Part shown: one piece after another, positions 1 through 7,945 of the stretch
How the letters are laid out: the number at the start of each line of letters is the position of its first letter
How positions within the stretch are numbered: position 1 is the stretch's first letter
NCBI GenBank assembly: GCA_002898535.1
Contig: BEHN01000001.1
Location: 261,564-325,563, forward strand
Direction: 5' to 3'
Length of the DNA stretch: 64,000 nt
Source of the DNA: a bacterium HR11
GTDB lineage: Bacteria; Acidobacteriota; HRBIN11
Notes under the pieces: generated by a model
Told to the model about the DNA's origin: nothing
Seen by the model: only the letters and a program-made list of their open reading frames with translations
The model's database searches: none
Program-made: the position numbers and the translations under genes

Positions 1-247
1 CCGACAACTGGCAAACTGCCCCGGCCCACAGGGAGCTGTTACACGAATGACGATCTGTTCCGAGGCCGAGGGCGGGGTCTGCGTCTGCGCCCGGGGCGGC
101 AATTTCGACAAATAGCCCATCTGGGCGATCAGGACCGTGACGACGATCATGAAGATGATCAGGAGCACCAGGCAGATATCGATAAAAGGAATCACGTTCG
201 GGTCCGACATCGGCCCGCCGCGGCGTCCTCCGACTTGAATGCCCATG
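1..247 (-). CDS. exbD: ExbD/TolR-family biopolymer transport protein (partial, runs off the window start)
   Basis: Reverse-strand translation from the ATG at 247 reads MGIQVGGRRGGPMSDPNVIPFIDICLVLLIIFMIVVT, matching the ExbD/TolR N-terminal TM motif of the downstream paralog. It is not in the ORF track because no stop codon falls inside the window. Confidence 0.6.
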
Positions 248-267
248 ACCGACACCTCCCCGGCAGA

Positions 268-714
268 TTAAGAGCGACGGCTCTTGTCGACGATCAGGCC
301 CACGTTGGCAAACCCCGACGCCTGCACATATTTCATGAGGTTCCGCACGTCGCCATACTTGACGCGGCGGTCGGCCTTAATCAGGACCTGGCGACCCGGA
401 TTGCGAGCGTTCAGTTCCTTCATCTTCGCCTCAAACTTGGACATGTCCCCGTAGAGGTTGGTCGCATACCGCGTATCGCCGATGTACACGCTGAGGTCAT
501 GGCGCAAGGAGACCGTCAACTGCTTTTCTTCCCGCTTGATCTCCTCGGGATTATTGGTCATCGGCAGTTGCACGGCGGCCCCGACCTGGAGCATGGGCGT
601 GATGACCATGAAGATGATCAGTAAGACTAACGTCACGTCGATCAGGGGGATCACGTTGGGGTCGGAAGTGACTTCCGGCGGCTCCGACTGCCAACGCTTA
701 AACACGCTTGGCAT
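268..714 (-). CDS. exbD: ExbD/TolR biopolymer transport protein
   Basis: 148 aa with a single N-terminal TM helix (NVIPLIDVTLVLLIIFMV) and the ExbD/TolR periplasmic domain signature. It is tandem with exbB. Confidence 0.85.
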   Translation of the reverse strand: MPSVFKRWQSEPPEVTSDPNVIPLIDVTLVLLIIFMVITPMLQVGAAVQLPMTNNPEEIKREEKQLTVSLRHDLSVYIGDTRYATNLYGDMSKFEAKMKELNARNPGRQVLIKADRRVKYGDVRNLMKYVQASGFANVGLIVDKSRRS

Positions 715-1450
715 ACAGGACCTCCTGGACGTCGACCAGGTAATCTAACAGGTCCGCCGCGATATTTCCCATCTCGTGTTGGATGCGTTCCACACGAACG
801 GTAAAGTAATTGTACAGCCACACGGCTGGAATGGCGACCAGCAGACCAAAAGCTGTCGTGACGAGGGCCTCGGCGATGCCGCCCGACACCTGCCCGATGG
901 CGGCCGCCCCGGCCGTCTTAATGGCCTGGAAGGCATTGATGATGCCGACGACCGTCCCGAAAAGACCGACGAAGGGTGCCGTCGCCCCCACGGTGGCCAG
1001 GGTCCCCAAGCCGCGCTTGAACTCATGAATCTCTAAGATGCTGGCCCGCTCCATAGCGTGCTGAGTCCGCTCCAAGATCTTGTGGGGCTGGAGAGCCTCT
1101 TCCAGCCCGGCCGGCTTGGCCCCGTGCGGATTGGCCGGCGAAGAAGTCTGAGCCGCCGTTTCCATGATGCGTAAGAACTCTTGAAGGCCGTGGTTGACGA
1201 TCTTGGCCACATGGCTGTGACGGAACTGTTTTTGACGCGTCAACTCCAGGGCCTGTTGGAGGTCCCGCTTGTCCAACTCCTGGGTCAAGGCTTCCACGAA
1301 CCGGAGCGACTGCTTACGAGCCCGTCGGAACAAGATGAACTTCTCGGCGGCGACGACCAGACTCCATATAGACATCCCTAACATCACGAACACGACGAGC
1401 CGGACGACCCAGCCCATGGCGTGCCAGATTTCGATCAGGGAAACCTGCAT
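698..1450 (-). CDS. exbB: ExbB/TolQ/MotA-family proton channel
   Basis: 250 aa with the MotA/TolQ/ExbB C-terminal TM segments (GLFGTVVGIINAF ... GGIAEALVTTAFGLLVAIP). It overlaps exbD in the way typical of this operon. Confidence 0.85.
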   Translation of the reverse strand: MQVSLIEIWHAMGWVVRLVVFVMLGMSIWSLVVAAEKFILFRRARKQSLRFVEALTQELDKRDLQQALELTRQKQFRHSHVAKIVNHGLQEFLRIMETAAQTSSPANPHGAKPAGLEEALQPHKILERTQHAMERASILEIHEFKRGLGTLATVGATAPFVGLFGTVVGIINAFQAIKTAGAAAIGQVSGGIAEALVTTAFGLLVAIPAVWLYNYFTVRVERIQHEMGNIAADLLDYLVDVQEVLYAKRV

Positions 1451-1525
1451 GGAGTAACCTCCTTTCGGTAAGGTTTACCAGAATCCAAAAGTTTTCCCGC
1501 CTCCGCGGGTCCCACCCCGGGGAGG

Positions 1526-2272
1526 TCATCCCCCCTGAAGGGTGTATCGAACCGACAAGACATAGTACGAATCGACCGGCCGCCCGTTAATCTTGCCCGG
1601 GTCAAAACGGTATGACCGGAGGCAGTCGACGGCGGCCTGGTCTAAAAGCTCGTTGAGCGACCGAAGGATGCGGACGGAACCGACCGTCCCATTCTTCAGG
1701 ATGATGGCTTCTAAGACGACGAGCCCCTCGATCCGGAGACGCCGGGCCGCCTCCGGGTATGTGCACTGGATCGGGGACAGGGGCTTGGGCGGCGTCCCAC
1801 CGACCGTCTCGATCCGAACGGGGCCGCCGCCGGGGATACCGCCCGGCACGCCGCCGGGGATACCGCCCGGCACGCCGCCTTCTACGCCGCCTTCTACGCC
1901 CCAATCGATGCCGCCCTCGACCCCCTGGACGACTTCCGTCTCGCTCACCGTTTCCGCCGGCAGGATCTCAGGGGTATACTCCGGGATGGCGATCGGGGCG
2001 ACCTCGGCCTGGGGTTGCGGTGGAGGCTTCGGTTGCTGAGCTTGCTGTTGTTGCGGCTGACGGGCCGGCCGAGCCGCCGGGGGTGGCGGCGGGGGCGCCG
2101 CAAAGAGGGTGACCTGAAGCGGAGGCTCCTCGATATAAGTCACCGACCAGACGGACGAAATGATGAGAACTCCCAAGCCGATGGCATGGATCGCGATAAC
2201 GATAGGAAGGAAAATGATACGGCGCCGATTCAGCCGCGTACGGCGGCTTTCAACCAGGTCTTCTAATAGCAT
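1526..2272 (-). CDS. tonB: Energy transducer TonB (Pro-rich linker, GGV/GGI repeat region, TonB C-terminal domain)
   Basis: N-terminal TM anchor, a PPPPPP/QPQ proline-rich spacer, and a C-terminal TonB domain (YPEAARRLRIEGLVVLEAIILKNGTV ... FDPGKINGRPV). Confidence 0.8.
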   Translation of the reverse strand: MLLEDLVESRRTRLNRRRIIFLPIVIAIHAIGLGVLIISSVWSVTYIEEPPLQVTLFAAPPPPPPAARPARQPQQQQAQQPKPPPQPQAEVAPIAIPEYTPEILPAETVSETEVVQGVEGGIDWGVEGGVEGGVPGGIPGGVPGGIPGGGPVRIETVGGTPPKPLSPIQCTYPEAARRLRIEGLVVLEAIILKNGTVGSVRILRSLNELLDQAAVDCLRSYRFDPGKINGRPVDSYYVLSVRYTLQGG

Positions 2273-2307
2273 CCTTGGCCCCCGTCGTGCGATGTTCCCG
2301 GGCCCCT

Positions 2308-3219
2308 TTATTGGGAAGAAGACGCGGTCGGGGCCTCTGCCTTTCGCTTCTTACGGACCTCGACTAACTGCTGGGCCTTGTCCCGGTACTGATCGGCCAG
2401 TTGCAAGTCCTCCTGTTGTTTCGCCGGGTCGCTGGCATCGACCCACTTGGCCTTTTCTCGGTACAACAGGTTCAAGTAAGCGTATGCCTCTGCATACTCT
2501 GGATCAATCTGAACAGCCTTTTGAAGAGCTTCGATCCCACGTCTAATATACTCTCCCCGGACCTCGTTGGAAAGGGTCGGGTCTAGGCATCGGGCCGGAG
2601 CGCAGTATACCTTCTGCCAAGCCAGGGACCCGATGATATACCAGGGTTCCGCCGTGTCCCGTTGGACGGTCCCCCACTTCTCGTACCAATCAAAGGCCGC
2701 ATCGTACTGATTGGCCTTTACATACAGAGAGGCCACGTTTTTCAGGAGATCGGGGTCGTTGGGATTCGACTGCAGTTGCTGTTGAAGCAAGTCGATGGCG
2801 TCCGTGTACCGGTTGGCGTTCAGATACAGGGTCATCAGGTCTTCCTGGATGCGACGGTTGTCCGGTTGAAGGGCCAGGATCTCCTTAAAGAGCTGAGCGG
2901 CCTTATCGACCAGGGCCTGGTTTTCCGGCGAAGGGTCCAGGGGCTTATACCAGGCCATGTAGCAGTAAGCCAGGGAGCGCTTCAGGTTCAGATTGTCGGG
3001 CATGAGCTGTAGGGCCTGCTCATACCGGGGGCACGCATCGGCATAGTCCTCTTTCTGGTAAAACTCCTTAGCTTCCCGAATGAGTTGTCGGGCCTTCAGC
3101 TCGTTCCAGAACCGTCGGCATCCGATGCTCCCGACCAGCCCGACGGCCGTCAGGGCCACAAGAATCCCTGAAGGAGTACGGTAGAAACGGCGCGACTGCA
3201 ACGCTGACCTCCCCATCAT
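2308..3219 (-). CDS. TPR-repeat protein, membrane-anchored, last gene of the Ton operon
   Basis: 303 aa with an N-terminal TM helix followed by repeated TPR-like helices (AEAYAYLNLLY, YDAAFDWYEKWG). Confidence 0.7.
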   Translation of the reverse strand: MMGRSALQSRRFYRTPSGILVALTAVGLVGSIGCRRFWNELKARQLIREAKEFYQKEDYADACPRYEQALQLMPDNLNLKRSLAYCYMAWYKPLDPSPENQALVDKAAQLFKEILALQPDNRRIQEDLMTLYLNANRYTDAIDLLQQQLQSNPNDPDLLKNVASLYVKANQYDAAFDWYEKWGTVQRDTAEPWYIIGSLAWQKVYCAPARCLDPTLSNEVRGEYIRRGIEALQKAVQIDPEYAEAYAYLNLLYREKAKWVDASDPAKQQEDLQLADQYRDKAQQLVEVRKKRKAEAPTASSSQ

Positions 3220-3596
3220 CGTCGTCAGGCATATCGATTATAAAGCCCCCCACGTCCGTACCGTCACCCCCTCGCCTCTCTCCCTGGGGGAAAACCGCCG
3301 CGGGGAGACCCATCGATAGAGGTCGGTAGACTCCGCTTTTTTCAACGACGTCGGGACCCGCCGCGTTCGCGGCCTTTTAAGTGGGACGACGAACACCTGC
3401 TCACTCCGACCTCGTCAGCCTCCGAACTCCCGTCCATAGGCCCCGCCGCGTGCCCCTCCCCACCCAGATGGATCAAACGGACCTTATGTTAAACCCCTTT
3501 ATGGAGTGTGTCAACCAAAAGTAACGAAGTGACGGGGTGACGATCCAGGGGATGGATGGTTCATAGCCGCTATGAGCCAATAAGGCTGAATCCATG

Positions 3597-3625
3597 CGGG
3601 TTTTCACGAACCGAACGGCCTTGTC
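3597..3625. repeat. Solo terminal-inverted-repeat fragment of repeat family A
   Basis: atgcgggttttcacgaaccgaacggccttgtc is the reverse complement of the family A terminus CAGAGCCGTTCGGTTnGTGAAAAyCCGCaT. Confidence 0.5.
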
Positions 3626-3626
3626 A

Positions 3627-3755
3627 TGCGGATGGGGCCGTGGGCTCATAGGTCATGACCATGAGCCATCAGCTACCAGCCATGAGCCGATATGGGTCTT
3701 GGGTTCCCTTCTCTTGCATCCTGCATCTTGCATCCTGTATCCTGCACCCTGAGGC
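3627..3755. repeat. Short tandem/palindromic repeats: family C (CATGAGCC/GGCTCATGG) followed by GCATCCT heptamer repeats
   Basis: gggctcataggtcatgaccatgagccatcagctaccagccatgagcc, then gcatcctgcatcttgcatcctgtatcctgcaccctg. A second family C block lies at about 22052-22140. Confidence 0.6.
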
Positions 3756-3781
3756 TTCACGCCGAGAGCCCCGGGGGACCC

Positions 3782-4231
3782 ATGGACCTGGACGAAGTCA
3801 TCCGCCACATCCTGCAGACTTATCGGCACATCGCCGTCGTCGGCATGTCCCGAGACCCCAGCAAAGCGGCCTATGGCGTACCGGCCTTTCTGATGCGGCA
3901 GGGCTATGTGATTTATCCCGTGAATCCCCACGCCGGCGAGATCCTGGGTCGCCGGGCCTACGCCCGCATCCTGGACATCGCCGACCCCGTCGAGGTCGTC
4001 CAGATATTTCGTCCGTCGGACCAGGTGTTACCCTTTGTCGAGGAGGCCGTCCAGCGGTCCCAGACTCGGGGAGACGTGCGGGCCGTCTGGCTTCAGGAGG
4101 GGATTCGAAATGAAGCCGCCCGGGCCCTGGCCGAGGCGGCGGGCCTCCTGTTCGTGCAGGACCGCTGTATGCTCCAGGAGTGGCTTCGGCTCAGGCCGCC
4201 TAATTCCAGCCGCTATGGAGGCGTATCATGA
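3782..4231 (+). CDS. CoA-binding domain protein (YccU-like)
   Basis: MDLDEVIRHILQTYRHIAVVGMSRDPSKAAYGVPAFLMRQGYVIYPVNPH is the CoA-binding (YccU/succinyl-CoA-ligase-like) fold signature. The upstream in-frame ORF extension is probably not translated. Confidence 0.7.
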   Translation: MDLDEVIRHILQTYRHIAVVGMSRDPSKAAYGVPAFLMRQGYVIYPVNPHAGEILGRRAYARILDIADPVEVVQIFRPSDQVLPFVEEAVQRSQTRGDVRAVWLQEGIRNEAARALAEAAGLLFVQDRCMLQEWLRLRPPNSSRYGGVS

Positions 4232-5337
4232 ACGTCTTCTCCATCATGCAAGCCGAACGCTTCGAGCAGATCGTCTTCTGCCATCATCCCGACATCGGCC
4301 TCCGGGCCATCATCGTCATCCACGACACGACCCTGGGACCGGCCCTGGGCGGGACGCGAATGTGGCCGTATGCCTCGGAGGAAGAGGCCCTGACGGATGC
4401 CCTCCGCCTGGCCCGGGGCATGACCTACAAGGCCGCCGCGGCGGGCCTCAACGCCGGGGGCGGCAAGGCCGTCATCATCGGGGACCCCAAGAAGGACAAG
4501 TCCGAGGCCCTCTTCCGGGCCTTCGGCCGCTTTGTCGAAAGCCTGAAGGGCCGGTTCATCACGGGCGAAGACGTCGGGATCGACGTCAACGACGTGGAAT
4601 ACATGGCCATGGAGACCCGTTACGTGGTCGGCCTGTCCCGGGAGCACGGCGGGGGCGGCGACCCCTCGCCCGTGACGGCCTACGGGGTCATGCAGGGCAT
4701 CCGGGCGTGTCTGCTGGAGCGCTTTGGGAGCCAGGACCTCCAGGGCCGCCGCGTCGTGATCCAGGGCCTCGGCAAGGTCGGCTTCCACCTGGCCCGGCTC
4801 CTGAGCCGGCACGGGGCGACGGTCATCGGGGCCGACATCGACCCCGACCGGGTCGCCTTCGCCCGGCGGCACGTCCCGAAGCTTCAGGTCGTCGAGCCGG
4901 AAGCCGTCTATGACGTGGAGGCCGACGTCTTTGCCCCCTGCGCCCTGGGGGGCGTCCTGAACGACGCGACGATTCCCCGCCTGCGGGCACCCATCGTGGC
5001 CGGCGCCGCCAACAATCAGTTGGCCGAGGACCGCCACGGTGAGCTCCTCCACCGGCGGGGCATCCTGTATGCTCCGGACTACGTCATCAACGCCGGCGGC
5101 CTCATCAACGTCTACGTCGAGATCGAGGGCTACGACCGGCGGCGGGCCATCACCTTAACGCGGGGGATCTTCTACAATCTGCGACGGGTCTTCGAGATCA
5201 GCCGTCGGGAGAATATCCCGACTTATATCGCCGCCGACCGGATGGCCGAGGAGCGGATCGCCGCCATCCGGCGGGTCCGGAACCTCCACGTCGAACAGCC
5301 GTACCTGGCCAGGTATCCCCGCTATGCGCGGCAATGA
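4228..5337 (+). CDS. Leucine dehydrogenase (Glu/Leu/Phe/Val dehydrogenase family)
   Basis: 369 aa with the Glu/Leu/Phe/Val dehydrogenase motif GGGKAVIIGDPKKDKSEAL, an NAD Rossmann motif GLGKVGFHLARLL, and a length typical of Leu/Val dehydrogenases. Confidence 0.85.
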   Translation: MNVFSIMQAERFEQIVFCHHPDIGLRAIIVIHDTTLGPALGGTRMWPYASEEEALTDALRLARGMTYKAAAAGLNAGGGKAVIIGDPKKDKSEALFRAFGRFVESLKGRFITGEDVGIDVNDVEYMAMETRYVVGLSREHGGGGDPSPVTAYGVMQGIRACLLERFGSQDLQGRRVVIQGLGKVGFHLARLLSRHGATVIGADIDPDRVAFARRHVPKLQVVEPEAVYDVEADVFAPCALGGVLNDATIPRLRAPIVAGAANNQLAEDRHGELLHRRGILYAPDYVINAGGLINVYVEIEGYDRRRAITLTRGIFYNLRRVFEISRRENIPTYIAADRMAEERIAAIRRVRNLHVEQPYLARYPRYARQ

Positions 5338-5367
5338 GGCCGTGAGGCGATAAGGCAGTTATTCTAA

Positions 5368-5627
5368 CAGAGCCGTTCGGTTGGTGAAAATCCGCGTGGA
5401 TTCGGCCTTTTCGACCCTTCGGGAAGGACGGTTTTCAAGCTTTGGCAGATAGGCAGTTCGGCAGGTGGGCAGATGGTCCCAAAAGCCCTGGGGCTGATCC
5501 TTGCCCACCCGGCTTCTATCTGCCTATCTGCCGACCTGCCCATCTGCCGGATGCTTGAAAAATCGTGCTTCCCGGGGGATGGGAAAGATTGTTCCGACGC
5601 CATTCTCACGAACCGAACGGCTCTGCT
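5368..5627. repeat. Repeat family A copy 1: ~260-bp MITE-like palindromic element with terminal inverted repeats
   Basis: The termini cagagccgttcggttggtgaaaat and attctcacgaaccgaacggctctg are reverse complements of each other. An internal palindrome has the arms ttggcagataggcagttcggcag and ctgccgacctgcccatctgccgg. Near-identical copies are at 15383-15627 and 57477-57744, with partial copies at 13629-13700 and 49913-50112. Confidence 0.8.
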
Positions 5628-5711
5628 AAGCTGGCTCCGATCAACCTATCGCCCGGCCTGCTAATCGCCTTACCGCCTTACTGCCTTATTGCCTTGTTCA
5701 TTTGACGGCTC

Positions 5712-7823
5712 ATGTCTTTCCAACGATTGATCGAAGACCTGGACGAGTCCCAACGGCAAGCCGTCACGACCCCGTCCCCGCAGGTCCTGGTCCTGGCCAG
5801 CGCCGGGGCCGGCAAGACCCGCGTCCTGACCCATCGGCTGGCCTGGCTCGTCGGCCATCATCCCCGGGCGGCCTTCCTGGCCGTGACCTTCACGAACAAG
5901 GCGGCCGACGAGATGCGTCAGCGGGTCGAGGCCCTCCTGGGGGACGCCCGCTCGGCGTGGAAGGCCGAGCACACCTGGATCTCGACCTTTCACCGCTTTT
6001 GCGCCCGCATCTTGCGGAAGTACGGCTATCGGATCGGCATCCCGTCCGACTTCATCATCGCCGACGAGTACCAGCAACGGCGGGTCTTCGAGGACTGCCT
6101 CCGGGCCCAGGGCCTCGACCCGAAGGCCCACGCCGGGGCCTTCCGGTCCTTCCAGCGGCTTCGGTCCGAGTTTGCCGATCCGCCGCCCCATCTGGACGAA
6201 CCGTGGCCGACCCTGTGGAAAGACTACCTTCGGCGCCTCCGGAGCCTGCGGGCCCTGGACTTCGACGACCTCCAGTACGAGACGATCCGTCTCCTGGAAA
6301 CGGATGCGGCCCTTCGGACTTATCTGGCCGAGTACTTTCACACGGTCCTGATCGACGAGTTCCAGGACACGAACCCGCCCCAGTACCGGCTCCTGCGGCT
6401 CCTGCGGGAGGCCGACGCCCCGTTCTTCGTCGTCGGCGACCAGGACCAGTCGATTTACGGCTTTCGGGGGGCCCGACCGGACCACTTTCACGACCTCCTT
6501 CGGGACTATCCGAGGACGGAGGTCATCCCCTTGCGGTACAACTACCGGTCCCGGGCCGTCATCGTCCGGGCCGCCATGGAGGTGATCGCCCGAGACGAGC
6601 GGCGTCTGCCTCACGAGGTCCAGGCCCTCCAGCAGGGCGGTCGTGTCCTGATTTATGGAGCCGTGGACGACCGAGACGAAGCCCGGTGGGTCCGCCAGCA
6701 GGTCGAGCGCATCCGGGACGCCTCGCCGGACGCCCAGGTCGCCGTCCTCGTCCGGGCCCGAAGCCAACTGCCGGCCCTCGAGCAGGCCTTCCAGGGCGCC
6801 CGCTTCCCCTACGTCGTCATCGGCCTCCGGAGCTGGTGGGACAGTCCGCCGATCCGGGCCGTCCTCGACTATGCGGCCTTCTGTGCCCATCCCGAAGTCG
6901 ACTTCTACCTGGAGGCCGTCTGCAACGTGCCGTCCCGGGGGATCGGCCCCCGGGCCCTTCAGAAGCTCCGGGAGCGGGCCGGGGACCGGCCGCTGTGGAC
7001 GTACCTGACGGAAGCCGTTCAGGCCGGGGAGGACACGCTTCCGACGGTATGGCAACGGTTTTATCGGGAGATGTCCGAGTGGATCGCCCTCCGGCCGGAG
7101 GTCCCGCCCGTCGAGTGGGTCCGCCGCCTGACGGAGTTCCTGCAAGAGCGGGGCTTTGGCGATGCCCGCCAGCGAGCGTCTTACGCCGATCGATGGAAGG
7201 AGCTCCTCCAGCTCCTCCGGGACGTGAAGACGTGGCCCGAGTTCATCGAACAGTTGAGCCTCCGGGCGCCAGACGACCGGCGCCTCGACGCCTCCGAACA
7301 GCGCGCCGTCCTCATCATGACGGTCCACGCCGCCAAGGGCCTCGAGTTCGACTACGTGTTCATCCCGGGCGTCGAGGACGGCCTGTTCCCTCACTTCCTG
7401 GCCGAGACGCCGGAAGAGGCCCGGGAGGAGCGGCGAATATTTTTCGTGGCCGTCACGCGCGCCCGTCAGGAGGTCTTCATCTCGTGGTCGGCCGAGCGGT
7501 ACAACCACCGACGGTCGCCGTCGCCGTTCCTCGGGGACATGCCTCTGGCGGAGCTTCGGGTCGAGGGTCTCCCGCTCCGGCGGTGGTTCCCGGAGGCTTG
7601 GCGGGCGGCCGTCGCCGCCAGCGCTCCTGCGGCGGCCGGCCCCGAAGAGCCGCTCCAGCCCGGCGACCTCGTCGAGCATGCCGCCTACGGTCGGGGGATC
7701 GTCCGGTCCGTTCACGGGGAAGGCGACCGCATGAAGGTCCGCATCTGGTTCTTCACAGGCGAGACCCGAGAGTTCCTCTTACGGCAGGCACCGATCCGTG
7801 CCCTCCGGGGCCGGCATAAATGA
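5712..7823 (+). CDS. UvrD/PcrA/Rep-family ATP-dependent DNA helicase
   Basis: 703 aa with Walker A (ASAGAGKTRVL), helicase motifs (FTNKAADEM, VLIDEFQDTN, VGDQDQSIYGFRGA) and a C-terminal UvrD_C region (MTVHAAKGLEFDYVFIPG). Confidence 0.85.
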   Translation: MSFQRLIEDLDESQRQAVTTPSPQVLVLASAGAGKTRVLTHRLAWLVGHHPRAAFLAVTFTNKAADEMRQRVEALLGDARSAWKAEHTWISTFHRFCARILRKYGYRIGIPSDFIIADEYQQRRVFEDCLRAQGLDPKAHAGAFRSFQRLRSEFADPPPHLDEPWPTLWKDYLRRLRSLRALDFDDLQYETIRLLETDAALRTYLAEYFHTVLIDEFQDTNPPQYRLLRLLREADAPFFVVGDQDQSIYGFRGARPDHFHDLLRDYPRTEVIPLRYNYRSRAVIVRAAMEVIARDERRLPHEVQALQQGGRVLIYGAVDDRDEARWVRQQVERIRDASPDAQVAVLVRARSQLPALEQAFQGARFPYVVIGLRSWWDSPPIRAVLDYAAFCAHPEVDFYLEAVCNVPSRGIGPRALQKLRERAGDRPLWTYLTEAVQAGEDTLPTVWQRFYREMSEWIALRPEVPPVEWVRRLTEFLQERGFGDARQRASYADRWKELLQLLRDVKTWPEFIEQLSLRAPDDRRLDASEQRAVLIMTVHAAKGLEFDYVFIPGVEDGLFPHFLAETPEEAREERRIFFVAVTRARQEVFISWSAERYNHRRSPSPFLGDMPLAELRVEGLPLRRWFPEAWRAAVAASAPAAAGPEEPLQPGDLVEHAAYGRGIVRSVHGEGDRMKVRIWFFTGETREFLLRQAPIRALRGRHK

Positions 7824-7831
7824 CCACGAAC

Positions 7832-7930
7832 TATAGACCATGGACCACAGACCTAAGGGTGGTCTGGTTTCTTCGTGCCAGGACGGGGAACGGAGTGAAT
7901 GGGGTCTGAGGTCTGTAGTCTATGGTCCCT
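7832..7930. repeat. Repeat family B copy (ATAGACCAyrGACC tandem units forming a palindrome)
   Basis: ctatagaccatggaccacagacc ... ggtctgaggtctgtagtctatggtcc. Other copies are at 15188-15327, 18603-18727, 32064-32206, 41459-41574, 55598-55862, 56428-56520 and 63900-63940. Confidence 0.7.
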
Positions 7931-7945
7931 TTTAGCCTGGGACCT

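Noticed and set aside
3692-3781. N-terminal 30-codon extension of the CoA-binding protein ORF
   Set aside because: The extension reads through GCATCCT heptamer repeats (CILHPVSCTL). The conserved domain begins at the ATG at 3782.
5364-5664. Small ORFs inside repeat family A copies (e.g. 5364-5609, 5473-5664, 13645-13878, 15122-15604, 15261-15713, 49909-50130, 57206-57811, 57582-57875) that share peptide words such as PGKHDFSSIRQMGRSADRQ and LPICRMLEKSCFPG
   Set aside because: They occur on both strands of the same palindromic DNA and differ in start and stop between copies. There is no SD or codon-bias support. The shared peptides are a consequence of DNA repetition, not a protein family.
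5670-7715. 681-aa ORF on the minus strand antisense to the UvrD-like helicase, plus 705-aa ORF 5702-7819 in another plus frame
   Set aside because: High-GC genomes produce long stop-free antisense and off-frames. The translations are Arg/Pro/Gly-rich low-complexity with no motifs, while the annotated frame has full helicase motifs.
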